This document shows positions 38,175 through 47,637 of a stretch of DNA of 64,000 nucleotides, piece by piece (the first letter of the stretch is position 1; each line of letters starts with the position of its first letter). A program made the position numbers and the translations under genes. Origin of the DNA: a virus (Duplodnaviria; Heunggongvirae; Uroviricota; Caudoviricetes); IMG/VR virus record IMGVR_UViG_3300034093_001947. One strand, 5' to 3'. The notes under the pieces are model-generated. The model worked only from the letters and a program-made list of their open reading frames with translations, searched no databases and was not told the DNA's origin.

Positions 38175-38826
38175 TATACAAACTGAGTTTGAAAGACAAT
38201 TCAATCTCAGTGGTACAGAAGTACAAGAGCCGGGCTTAGAAAGATTCAGTTGGTACAACAAAGTCTGGACCAGTAGCTTATATCGCAGAGCACACATCGA
38301 TGTAGTAGATGCTAGAGAAACCAAGGGCCTATGGATGATGCATTGCTGTGTGTTTCCGCATACTCATAATCCTGCACCTATCTTTGGATTTGATGTAGTA
38401 GCTGGCAAAAACAAAGTAACAGGTGCGTTTCACGACTTTAGTCCTGCTGGTGATCCAGAGCATCCGATGCTAGATTATTTTGCAGACGAAGCACAAAAAT
38501 TAGAGTGGAACAAAGTTAGACGTTTGCCCGACTGGGCAGAGCGTATCTTTACTCCTAGCATGATCAGTGCGGGAAACGTTAACGATCCAACTGAGCTTCA
38601 ACAACTGTATTTTACTGCTATTAATAACTTAAAGCATTTCATTAACACAGTAGGCGAGACAAACGGAACTGCATTAGACACTGGTCCTGCACAGGATTAC
38701 TATTGTGAAAATCAAAGACAGAATCCCCATACTCCTAAAGTAATGACTGCATTGGGTTTGAATCCAGAAGACGTTCGTGTGTTTATACAGGACTGCCTGT
38801 TTCCTAAGATAGGAACACATCAATGA
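38146..38826 (+). CDS. ferredoxin-dependent bilin reductase (PebA/PebS/PcyA family), copy 1
   Basis: …WYNKVWTSSLYRRAHIDVVDARE…LWMMHCCVFPHTHNPAPIFGFDVVAGKNKVTGAFHDFSP… FDBR core; start at MSLVWNS with a GGAG RBS. Confidence 0.65.
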   Translation: MSLVWNSLIDIQTEFERQFNLSGTEVQEPGLERFSWYNKVWTSSLYRRAHIDVVDARETKGLWMMHCCVFPHTHNPAPIFGFDVVAGKNKVTGAFHDFSPAGDPEHPMLDYFADEAQKLEWNKVRRLPDWAERIFTPSMISAGNVNDPTELQQLYFTAINNLKHFINTVGETNGTALDTGPAQDYYCENQRQNPHTPKVMTALGLNPEDVRVFIQDCLFPKIGTHQ

Positions 38827-39491
38827 GCACAGTATGGACACAGATGCAGCAGTGTGCTGAAACTATGCAGGCCATGATGGAACATGCAGGGTACAGAGCA
38901 GAAGATCCTAGTTTAGATCAATACGACTGGGAAAATCATGTATACCATAGTAATCTGTTTCGTAGAGGACACGTGGAAGTAGTAGACAAGACTACAACAC
39001 ACGGAATATACATCCTACATGCAACAGTATTCCCACACCCAGACGATCCTAGTCCTATCTGGGGTTTTGATGCTGTCTGCGGCAAGAACAAGATCACAGG
39101 TGCGTTTCATGATTTTAGTCTAGTAAGCAAAAGCCATTGGTTGCACGACTGGTTTGCAGATACTGTAAAAGACGTAACTTGGAACAAGAAACGAGAATTA
39201 CCCGGGTGGGCTCGTAATATTTTTAGCCCTGCTATGGTAGCAGCGGGTAATATTAGCGAGCAGCACGAGTTAGATAATATTATAGATCTAGGAATTAAAA
39301 CCCTAGATTACTATCTACACAATGTAGGAGATCGCATTAACGGGGTCGATGTTACTGACCAACAAAATTACTACTGTCAAAATCAGAAACAAAATCCCCA
39401 TGTGTATCGCAGCATGATTGCTATGGGAGTGCCGGAAGCAACTATCCGACAGTTTGTTGAGCAAGTGCTGTTCCCTGAAATTGGTAAATAA
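38823..39491 (+). CDS. ferredoxin-dependent bilin reductase, copy 2 (paralog)
   Basis: …WENHVYHSNLFRRGHVEVVDK…LHATVFPHPDDPSPIWGFDAVCGKNKITGAFHDFS… runs parallel to copy 1. Confidence 0.65.
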   Translation: MSTVWTQMQQCAETMQAMMEHAGYRAEDPSLDQYDWENHVYHSNLFRRGHVEVVDKTTTHGIYILHATVFPHPDDPSPIWGFDAVCGKNKITGAFHDFSLVSKSHWLHDWFADTVKDVTWNKKRELPGWARNIFSPAMVAAGNISEQHELDNIIDLGIKTLDYYLHNVGDRINGVDVTDQQNYYCQNQKQNPHVYRSMIAMGVPEATIRQFVEQVLFPEIGK

Positions 39492-39497
39492 CTTATT

Positions 39498-41186
39498 ATG
39501 CGAGCACGTGAATTTTTAAAAGAATCTTTTCTAGTTGAAAAACTAATGAGCCAGGGCGGGTCAGATAATGACTGGCTAAAAGACAAATACTATATTCTAT
39601 TTTTTGAAGGTATTTTAAACAATCAAGTTTATTCTTTCGGAGTAGGTGGTAGTACTAGTAAAAAGAATCCTAGTAGTCCAACAAACTTCATGGGTATAGT
39701 ACAAAATCCGCAAGATGTGGTTGCACAGATGAAACGTGCAATTAAGAATAAAGATTTTAGTGATGTGTATTTCGATGTAGAGGAAGTCGACGACGAAACT
39801 TTGGAACCTAATGGCGAGATTTGGGAAAATGTTAGGCCGGGTAATATTTTCAAAGATGAAAAGGTCACCGGGGTATTAAAACCTAACATGGGTAATGTTT
39901 CCGAAGCAATTCTAGGATGTGCCGTTGCTGCTAAATTTAGCAATCAAGGCGGCATGATAACCGAAGCTCAGGTTGTTAATTTAGCAAAACAGTTAGCAAA
40001 AAATAGAGGGCAACTAAATTTACAAGCAGGCAAAGATGTTTTAGAATTTAAAGTTACTATTCCTTTTATGGACAAAAAGGCGTTTTACGCCTGGCTCAAC
40101 GAGGATAGCAGAGGCAAAACTCTCAAAGACTATAAAGTTCCCGATGATAGTATAAAAATGTTCGATCAAAGACTTAAGAGTGCAATAGAGTACGCCAACA
40201 AATCAAAAAAAATATTAAGTGCAGTTAGTGAAGCAGTAGATGATCCGGGTAAAAATAAGATCGACGTTATCAGTGACGGTGCTGAAAAAGAAAATCAAAA
40301 TACAACCAAAGTTGACTTAAAAATCTTAATAGATGGTAAAGAAACTGCTAAACGATTATTAAGTGTAAAGGCCGGAAACGTTGAACAGTTTGGTCAGGCC
40401 GGTGGACATAATTTTAACAACTTAAATGAGTTTTTTACTTCAATTGTAGGATTAGGTTTACCAGAAACTTTTAGAAAGAAATTTCATGAAATTCCTAAAC
40501 AAGCACCTGCAGAATGGAATGTTAAGAAAAAAGAAAACTTTGAAAATAGTTTTGCAGTATCATACGAATTTATAGCTAAACAGTTATCTATACAGGCAAA
40601 AAGAGATCCCGACGGATTTGTTGAAAATGTTTATAGAGGGCTACTTAATCATTTAACTAGAAACGAAGCAGGAGTCGAAATGGTTATTTTAGATCCTGAT
40701 AGTAAAAAAGCATTCTCTGAATTAGAATTTGGTAAAGATTTTGAAGATGCATTACGTCAGCTTCAATTAGTAGTGGATTTTAGACAGGCAACAGGATATG
40801 CTCTTTCTGTTTACGGATTACCAAAAACTCAATTGGCTAGTAAATTTATTCCTAAAAAACAAGGTGAGCCCACAAGATTAATTGATCTAAGATCTCAATA
40901 TGATAGCAGAACTAATGCAATTAGAAATAGAATCAATATGGGTCCTTTGTTAAAGAAAATAGCAGATATCGAAAATTATCTCGAAAAGAATCCAGAAGAT
41001 ACTATGCAGCAGCCTGCACCTGTTTCAATGCCTGTTGCAAAAGCCCCAGTTGCAAAACCGCCAGTAGCTACGCCAAAACAGCCTGCACTAGCGGTAAGCA
41101 AGCCCAAAATAGGAGCACCGGTACAGCCCAAAGGCACACTGGGCTCAACTCCTGCACCCCAAACTGGTATCAAACCAGGAATTTAA
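39498..41186 (+). CDS. hypothetical protein with a Pro/Ala-rich C-terminal repeat tail
   Basis: 562 aa; the C-terminus is …PAPVSMPVAKAPVAKPPVATPKQPALAVSKPKIGAPVQPKG…. The N-terminus MRAREFLKE resembles MRAHEFINE of the 47350 ORF. Confidence 0.45.
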   Translation: MRAREFLKESFLVEKLMSQGGSDNDWLKDKYYILFFEGILNNQVYSFGVGGSTSKKNPSSPTNFMGIVQNPQDVVAQMKRAIKNKDFSDVYFDVEEVDDETLEPNGEIWENVRPGNIFKDEKVTGVLKPNMGNVSEAILGCAVAAKFSNQGGMITEAQVVNLAKQLAKNRGQLNLQAGKDVLEFKVTIPFMDKKAFYAWLNEDSRGKTLKDYKVPDDSIKMFDQRLKSAIEYANKSKKILSAVSEAVDDPGKNKIDVISDGAEKENQNTTKVDLKILIDGKETAKRLLSVKAGNVEQFGQAGGHNFNNLNEFFTSIVGLGLPETFRKKFHEIPKQAPAEWNVKKKENFENSFAVSYEFIAKQLSIQAKRDPDGFVENVYRGLLNHLTRNEAGVEMVILDPDSKKAFSELEFGKDFEDALRQLQLVVDFRQATGYALSVYGLPKTQLASKFIPKKQGEPTRLIDLRSQYDSRTNAIRNRINMGPLLKKIADIENYLEKNPEDTMQQPAPVSMPVAKAPVAKPPVATPKQPALAVSKPKIGAPVQPKGTLGSTPAPQTGIKPGI

Positions 41187-41262
41187 TCTAGATTAATAAA
41201 CTGCTATGTAAATATCGCATTCTGACCCTGTAAATACTAATACACTATACTGGGGACTTAGG

Positions 41263-41745
41263 ATGCGATTTTTAATTCTCGGCCTGGCCTTGTCTGCAAT
41301 GACGGTACAGGCTGCACCAATAAATGACTTTACTTTTAAAAGTCCGGCCTTCAACGGAGCAGGTTACAGTAGTCACGTCTTAACTATCGAAAATCAAGAA
41401 GCGACTCGTAGAAAAGCTCTACAAGATAGACTTCAAGCAGCATTAGACAAAGAGGCTGCTGACAAAAAGAACACTAACTTGGCTAAGTTTTTAAACAACT
41501 TAGAGTCTAGAATCTATGCACAAGTTAGCCAAAACGTAGCAACTGCTATGTTTTCTAATAGCGGATGCACCAGTACTACTCCTACAGCAGATTGTAAAGG
41601 TGAGGTTGATTTCCAAGGCAGCAAAATCAGCTGGCAAAAAGTTATATTAGTAGACGGCAACTTTATTCGTCTAACTGTAGTAGGTCCAGATATCAATACC
41701 ACTATTGATATTCCGTTAAGTCAATTTGTAGTTCCGGGGATATAA
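41263..41745 (+). CDS. csgF: curli assembly protein CsgF-like
   Basis: Signal peptide. The mature N-terminus …FTFKSPAFNGAGY… resembles CsgF …FQFRNPNFGGNPN…, and the later …FLNNLESRIYAQVSQNV… resembles …DNFTQAIQSQILGGL…. Confidence 0.55.
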   Translation: MRFLILGLALSAMTVQAAPINDFTFKSPAFNGAGYSSHVLTIENQEATRRKALQDRLQAALDKEAADKKNTNLAKFLNNLESRIYAQVSQNVATAMFSNSGCTSTTPTADCKGEVDFQGSKISWQKVILVDGNFIRLTVVGPDINTTIDIPLSQFVVPGI

Positions 41746-41746
41746 T

Positions 41747-42661
41747 ATGAAAAAAATATTATTAGTACTAGTCTTTACAAGTTTTCTAACAGGGTGTGCA
41801 ATACATCAAAATAATCCTTTAGTAGAGGCGGACAAGCCCGAAGTTACCGCAGTGATGATGCAGAAAGAATTTGATACTATACAGGAGCCTGCACACGGAA
41901 AACCTGTTAGTGTTGCGGTGTATAGTTTTAAAGATATGACTGGTCAGAGAAAGCCGCAGGCCAATATTGCCAGTTTAAGTTCCGCAGTTACACAAGGTGC
42001 AGAAAGCTTCTTGATCAAAGCACTGCAAGATGTAGGTCGAGGACAATGGTTTGATGTTGTTGAGCGGGTAGGTATCGATAACTTGACCAAAGAAAGATTA
42101 ATTATTCGTCAGATGCGTGAAGCATATGAAGGAGCGGCTGCAAAGCCATTAATGCCAATGCAGTTTGCTGGCATGATTATTGAAGGTGGTATAGTAGGTT
42201 ATGACAGTTCAACAAAGAGTGGCGGCATTGGTGCAAGAGTCTTTGGTATTGGAAAACAGACTCAGTGGAGTCAGGATATTGTAACCATAAGCCTAAGAGC
42301 AGTGAGTGTTAATACTGGAAAAGTATTAGCATCTGTAACTGTGCAAAAAACAATTCTTAGTTCGGCTGATGCAATAACTGCTCTTAAATTCTTTGACCTA
42401 GGCACTAGGGCATTTGAAGGCGAAGCAGGATTAACAATAAACGAGCCAGGAACATATGCTGTAAAATCAGCAATCGAAGCCGGAGTGGTTGAACTTATCA
42501 AAGAAGGAGCTCGTAAGGGGCTTTGGAATTATAAGGGAGCAAAAAATGAGTTGGTTCAAAAGAACACCGAAAGCGAAAGAGCCCCAGAAGGCCCTTCCGC
42601 AACGCCGCAGTCCAGTGTCAGAAAAGATGCTGAAGGAAGCAAAGAAGTCAGGGCCAAGTAA
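41747..42661 (+). CDS. csgG: curli secretion channel lipoprotein CsgG-like
   Basis: Lipobox LTGC. …VSVAVYSFKDMTGQ… matches CsgG …VSVYNIQDETGQ…, …GMIIEGGIVGYDSSTKSGGIGARVFGIG… matches …GSIIGYESNVKSGGVGARYFGIG…, and …KTILSS… and …GLW… continue the match. Confidence 0.8.
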   Translation: MKKILLVLVFTSFLTGCAIHQNNPLVEADKPEVTAVMMQKEFDTIQEPAHGKPVSVAVYSFKDMTGQRKPQANIASLSSAVTQGAESFLIKALQDVGRGQWFDVVERVGIDNLTKERLIIRQMREAYEGAAAKPLMPMQFAGMIIEGGIVGYDSSTKSGGIGARVFGIGKQTQWSQDIVTISLRAVSVNTGKVLASVTVQKTILSSADAITALKFFDLGTRAFEGEAGLTINEPGTYAVKSAIEAGVVELIKEGARKGLWNYKGAKNELVQKNTESERAPEGPSATPQSSVRKDAEGSKEVRAK

Positions 42662-42717
42662 GTCGGGGAGCAATACATAACACCCCAAGGAGCAGTTTCA
42701 AAAGAACTGATAAAAAC

Positions 42718-43497
42718 ATGAAGAAGCTAAATCAAGTAATGACAGCGATTGTGATGTTAGTCGCTTTACAAGTTTTCGCAGCAGACAATAGTATCTATAT
42801 TGATCAAACAGGTGACAACTCTGTTATCACTATGCTACAAGATGGTGCAACCAACCGCGTCCGCGGCATACAAGGCACGGGCACAGGCAACACTACTCCG
42901 TCAAAAATCAAAGGTGATAATTTAACTTTGATTGTTGAACAAATTGGTAGTGCTAACATTTTAAACTTGGGTGTTGTAACTGCCACAGCTAGTGGCGGCG
43001 TTGATACTAGTGTTATATATCGAGTAACAGGTAATAGCGGTATCGGTACTATCAATATGAACAATAGCGAGCAGGGTACTGCAAATAGTAATACTGTTTC
43101 TATTGATCAAACAGGCGATTATACTATTGCTAACCTTAATTTACTAGGATCTAATAACATATTCAATGCTGTTACAGACGGTAACTTGAATCAAATTGTT
43201 GCTACAATTGATGCGGATCAAGTTACTGTAAACATCAATAAGAGTAGCGGAACTGCAAATAACACTACACTAAATTTAACTGGTGCAAAAGGCACAGTAG
43301 ATTTAACCATATTAGGTGCTAGTAACGCAACGAATATTACTCAAAGTGGTGGTGGTGCCGACGGACACATTGCAACATTGAATATCAATGGATCTAATAA
43401 CAATACCACAGTTGTACAAAGTGGTACTATCAATACCAATGTTAATCTTGCTGTGGCAGGAAGCGGAAACACAGTCAGCATTACTACTGGTAATTAA
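42718..43497 (+). CDS. curlin-repeat secreted subunit (CsgA/CsgB-like)
   Basis: Signal peptide plus repeated S-x5-Q-x-G-x2-N-x-A/I units (IYIDQTGDNSVITMLQDG, VSIDQTGDYTIANLNLLG, ITQSGGGADGHIATLNINGSNN, VVQSGTINTNVNLAVAGSGN). Confidence 0.6.
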   Translation: MKKLNQVMTAIVMLVALQVFAADNSIYIDQTGDNSVITMLQDGATNRVRGIQGTGTGNTTPSKIKGDNLTLIVEQIGSANILNLGVVTATASGGVDTSVIYRVTGNSGIGTINMNNSEQGTANSNTVSIDQTGDYTIANLNLLGSNNIFNAVTDGNLNQIVATIDADQVTVNINKSSGTANNTTLNLTGAKGTVDLTILGASNATNITQSGGGADGHIATLNINGSNNNTTVVQSGTINTNVNLAVAGSGNTVSITTGN

Positions 43498-43505
43498 GGT
43501 GTGAG

Positions 43506-44621
43506 ATGTCTGTATGTCGCTTAATCTTATTAGGCTTATTGATCAGTACCTCGCTGAACAGTCAAGCCAGCATCGGAACAGTGACGGAGTTGCTGAACGC
43601 ACCTCCCAGCATACAGAGAAAGAATTCAACTCTAACAGGCAACAAGGGCACGGGAGTAGAAATGAACGACTCTGTGAAAACAGCAGCGGGCAAAGTGGGC
43701 ATAACGTTCGAGGATCAGACTCGAGTACAGGTTAATGAAAACTCTAGATTGGTCATTGACGACTTTGTATACGATTCAAAATCAAAATCCGGTAAGCTGG
43801 GTGTTAAAGTTGCATTGGGCACTGTTAGATACGCCAGTGGACAAATTGCCAAGAACTCACCGCAGAACGTTGCAGTTAACACACCCACTGCTACTATCTC
43901 AGTTCGTGGAACTGATTTTACCGCCACCGTAGATGAAATGGGTGGCAGTACTGTAATTTTGTTACCAAGTTGCCCAAATGATCGTCCTACTCGTACAAAT
44001 AGAGATATTGAAGCCAATTGTGTTGTAGGGACTATCATAGTTGAAACAGATGTTGGTCAGGTTATTCTTAATCAAGCATTCCAAGCAACCAAAGTAGCTA
44101 GCAGGGCTGCACTGCCTACTAAACCTGTTATCCTTACTCTCAGTGAAGATGCTATTAGTAATTTGTTAATCATAAGTCCTCCACAAGAACTAAAGCAGGG
44201 CGGTAAAAGAGAAACAAGTCTAAATCATAATGCATTAGATGCTGACTTCTTGAGAGAGCAAGGACTTGAAAACAAATTAGATCAACAAAATGCACAATTT
44301 TTTGAAGATAGACTTACTCGTAACTTTTTAGATAATAATTTTTTAGCTAACATATTTGATGTAATAGGTAGCGGCTTAGATGAAGATTATCTAAAAGACG
44401 AAACGGACAGCATATTGCCAGACTGGAAAAGAGCAAGCGGTATTATTGTGACTAAGGACGAGGGTCAAATTGGGTTATGTAGAGATAACGGTAGCGATAT
44501 ACAATGCGTAACAACACCGTTGACACAGAACAGTTTGATAACGCAGATACAAGGTAGTATTGAATTTAGTAACAGAGTAAATTCGGGCGGTAATACTATT
44601 ATTACCATAGTACAAAGATGA
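43506..44621 (+). CDS. secreted FecR-domain protein
   Basis: Signal peptide; …GKVGITFEDQTRVQVNENSRLVID…TATISVRGTDFTATVDE… is FecR/DUF4974-like. Confidence 0.45.
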   Translation: MSVCRLILLGLLISTSLNSQASIGTVTELLNAPPSIQRKNSTLTGNKGTGVEMNDSVKTAAGKVGITFEDQTRVQVNENSRLVIDDFVYDSKSKSGKLGVKVALGTVRYASGQIAKNSPQNVAVNTPTATISVRGTDFTATVDEMGGSTVILLPSCPNDRPTRTNRDIEANCVVGTIIVETDVGQVILNQAFQATKVASRAALPTKPVILTLSEDAISNLLIISPPQELKQGGKRETSLNHNALDADFLREQGLENKLDQQNAQFFEDRLTRNFLDNNFLANIFDVIGSGLDEDYLKDETDSILPDWKRASGIIVTKDEGQIGLCRDNGSDIQCVTTPLTQNSLITQIQGSIEFSNRVNSGGNTIITIVQR

Positions 44622-46363
44622 AGAAAATATTATTAGCATTAATGTTATTATGTTCAAATGCCTTTGGTGCTATCACTGACGGTAAGTTTGGTATCAATCA
44701 AATATTCGATGTTCAATATTACTGGAGTGGTAACACACTAAACGCCAGCAACTTTATTGCACCTTATAATAAAAACTTTCAAACAGTAACCGTAACCTCA
44801 GGACAGTACTTCCAATTCTTTGACAGCACAACCAATCCAGGTAAGCACGGATTGAAGTTAATGAACAGCAATGGAACACAACACAGCATTGTTCACGACC
44901 ACGGTGACATTACAGCACTAGGCAATGGTGCCATTTTTTATATCGGTTCGGGATTCTTTGGCAATGTTATTACTACTGCTCAGGGTTATAACTACGGTGC
45001 TAGTGCCAGTTTCACTAACATGGATACTAGTGTTACTAGCACAGACTTAAACAATTATACCTATGCGAGTTCAACTCCGTTATCAGCAGGACAAACAGCA
45101 GCCCCTCCTCCGCCTACAACTGATTGGAAAACAATCAAGACTAACAGCACGCCTGTTGTGATTAGTAACATTTACCCAACTAGTAATAACAGTCCAGCAG
45201 GCGAAGGTGCAGGCAATGCGTTCGACGGTAATACTGGTACAAAATACTTAAATTTTGATAAAAAGAATGCAGGAGTTACAGTTAAATTAAGTCAAGGTCG
45301 TGTAGTACAAAAATTTACCTTAACTACTGCTAACGACTTTGAAGGACGCGATCCTACTAGTTACAAACTCTACGGAAGCAATGACGGCGTAAATTGGGTA
45401 TTAATTAAACAGGATACCGTGTCTTTAAGCGATCAAAGATTTTGGACCAGTCCGGAGATACAAACAGGCAACACTACTGCCTATGTCTATTACTTTATTT
45501 TATTCCCTACTACTAAATCAGGAGACGGATGCGGCCTTAACTGCGACAGTATGCAGATCGCTGAAATCACTTTTTACTACGACTTAAATGACGGAGTCAC
45601 TAGCACTGCAACAGGTTCGGGCAGTACTCCAAACAATCCGGGTACTGCTGGCAGCGTCTGTGCTGACTGCGGTCCAACTGTAGTAGGCGGAACAATCACA
45701 CAGACAAATGCACCATCAAATCAAACTATACAAAGTGGCGGTACTTATGTTAATAATTCTAGTAGAGCTGCACAACAGACTAGAATCAATACTTGGGTTA
45801 ACAGTACTTCACCTTATAGTAATTCGGTGCATGTTGATCAGATAGGTGGGGACAACAATAACATAACTATCAACGTAACAGGAACAAAGAACCGAGTTGA
45901 GTTGACTTTAGACGGAGCTGGAACTAATACTATCGGCATCACACAAGTTGGTTCAAACTACGTAACAGCAGATGTTAATGGTTATCAAAATAACTTGACA
46001 TCCAGCCAGACAAATACCATTGGTACTAATTATACTGAAACTGTGATAAACGGCAATAACAACACTGCAAATCACACACAGGGCAACAGTCAGTTGTTAT
46101 TCAGCACAGTTAGCGGTAATAACAATACGCTAGTCACTAGCCAAACAGGCACGGGACAACATTATCTCGATGTTAAGATGACGGGCAACGGGCACAATGT
46201 AAATGTTAATCAATTTGGTTCCATGGCTAATAATGCAAGAATTGATGTGACCAATGCCGGCGGGGCCGCAACTGTAGATCTAGAACAAAGCGGCGGCAAG
46301 AGTTTTACTCTAATACAGAGTTGTGCAATTTTATCAGGATGTAACACCACAGTTAGACAGTAA
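44618..46363 (+). CDS. large secreted protein with an F5/8 type C (discoidin) domain and C-terminal curlin repeats
   Basis: Signal peptide; …GNAFDGNTGTKYLNFDKKNAGVTVKL…YKLYGSNDGVNWVLI… discoidin motifs; the C-terminal third has curlin-like repeats (VHVDQIGGDNNNITINVTG, ITQVGSNYVTADVNGYQNN, TSQTGTGQHYLDVKMTGNGHN, VNQFGSMANNARIDVTNAG, LEQSGGKSFTLIQS). Confidence 0.55.
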   Translation: MKKILLALMLLCSNAFGAITDGKFGINQIFDVQYYWSGNTLNASNFIAPYNKNFQTVTVTSGQYFQFFDSTTNPGKHGLKLMNSNGTQHSIVHDHGDITALGNGAIFYIGSGFFGNVITTAQGYNYGASASFTNMDTSVTSTDLNNYTYASSTPLSAGQTAAPPPPTTDWKTIKTNSTPVVISNIYPTSNNSPAGEGAGNAFDGNTGTKYLNFDKKNAGVTVKLSQGRVVQKFTLTTANDFEGRDPTSYKLYGSNDGVNWVLIKQDTVSLSDQRFWTSPEIQTGNTTAYVYYFILFPTTKSGDGCGLNCDSMQIAEITFYYDLNDGVTSTATGSGSTPNNPGTAGSVCADCGPTVVGGTITQTNAPSNQTIQSGGTYVNNSSRAAQQTRINTWVNSTSPYSNSVHVDQIGGDNNNITINVTGTKNRVELTLDGAGTNTIGITQVGSNYVTADVNGYQNNLTSSQTNTIGTNYTETVINGNNNTANHTQGNSQLLFSTVSGNNNTLVTSQTGTGQHYLDVKMTGNGHNVNVNQFGSMANNARIDVTNAGGAATVDLEQSGGKSFTLIQSCAILSGCNTTVRQ

Positions 46364-46472
46364 TAAATAGAGATATGAACTTTATCATATCTCTATTCCG
46401 TGAGTTCCAAGAGCGTAGACGCATACGTAAAAAATTAAAAGAGTTTCGTAAAAGAGACCCTTTCATTTACAA

Positions 46473-47342
46473 ATGACTGTAGTAGGAATAAACGCTCTTA
46501 ACCACGATGCTAGTATTGCGGTTGTGGACAATGGTCAAATATTGCACCATGAACGATCCCTGTGTGGAGTTGACCTTTGTCCTGAACTAGTTGATCGTGC
46601 ATTATCATACGGAGCAGTAGATGCAATTGCTTGGTACGAAAGGCCTTGGCTGAAAAAGTCACGGCAGCTATACGCAGGGCAATACAGAGATGCAGTCAGC
46701 ATTGATCAGCTACCTCATTACTATCTAAAAAAATTTAACATACCTTCTGTTCCAATTTATTATGTGCCGCATCATTTAAGTCATGCAGCCAATGCAGTAT
46801 ATGAAAGTAGATTAGCTGAGACTGCGGTCGTAGTAGCCGATGCAATTGGAGAGTGGGATACTGTGAGTATCTGGCATTATAAAGATCAAAAATTTAAAAA
46901 AGTATTTTCAAAAGGTTATCCTTATAGCCTTGGTTTGTTCTACTCAGCATTTACAGAGTTACTGGGATTTAAACCTGTCCAAGAAGAGAGCAAACTTACT
47001 ATGCTAGCAACATCTGGTGATTGGGAACCAAACTACTTAACAGTCTGCGGCTACCTAACAAAGAATCTGCATAAAGGAATCTGGGATTGGGAAGTAGCAG
47101 AAAAAGATCGTGCAGACGTAGCTGCCAGCGTACAACGTGTGTTCATGGAACAGATAAAAAATTGCTTTAAACTTGCCTCTTTTCACAGTAATTCTTGTGT
47201 TTTTACAGGCGGATGTGCCTATAATGTGCCTGCAAAAAGGCTTCTTTCATCTACATTTAAACACAGCTATGTTCCAAAAAATCCAGGCGATGCAGGGTCA
47301 AGCATGGGTGCTGCACTATACATATCGGATAAACTAAAATAA
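46473..47342 (+). CDS. ASKHA-fold carbamoyltransferase/Kae1-like protein (NodU/CmcH N-domain-like)
   Basis: N-terminal MTVVGINALNHDASIAVVDNGQILHHERS resembles the carbamoyltransferase N-terminus (ILGI…HD.S.ALV.DG). Confidence 0.4.
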   Translation: MTVVGINALNHDASIAVVDNGQILHHERSLCGVDLCPELVDRALSYGAVDAIAWYERPWLKKSRQLYAGQYRDAVSIDQLPHYYLKKFNIPSVPIYYVPHHLSHAANAVYESRLAETAVVVADAIGEWDTVSIWHYKDQKFKKVFSKGYPYSLGLFYSAFTELLGFKPVQEESKLTMLATSGDWEPNYLTVCGYLTKNLHKGIWDWEVAEKDRADVAASVQRVFMEQIKNCFKLASFHSNSCVFTGGCAYNVPAKRLLSSTFKHSYVPKNPGDAGSSMGAALYISDKLK

Positions 47343-47349
47343 ATACATC

Positions 47350-47634
47350 ATGAGAGCACACGAATTTATTAACGAAGACTGGAATAAAGTCAACAGAAAA
47401 GATAAGACTGATGGTCTAAGCCAAAAGGCAGTAAATGCTTACCGAAGAGAGAATCCGGGTAGTAAGTTAAAGACAGCAGTAACTACTAAGCCTAGCAAAT
47501 TAAAAGCAGGTAGCAAGGATGCTAAACGCCGTAAGAGTTTCTGTGCCCGTATGAGTGGCAATAAAGGTCCTATGAAAAAGCCTAACGGAAAACCTACACC
47601 AAAAGCATTAGCACTACGCCGATGGAATTGCTAA
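47350..47634 (+). CDS. small basic hypothetical protein
   Basis: ORF; Lys/Arg-rich. Confidence 0.35.
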   Translation: MRAHEFINEDWNKVNRKDKTDGLSQKAVNAYRRENPGSKLKTAVTTKPSKLKAGSKDAKRRKSFCARMSGNKGPMKKPNGKPTPKALALRRWNC

Positions 47635-47637
47635 TTT

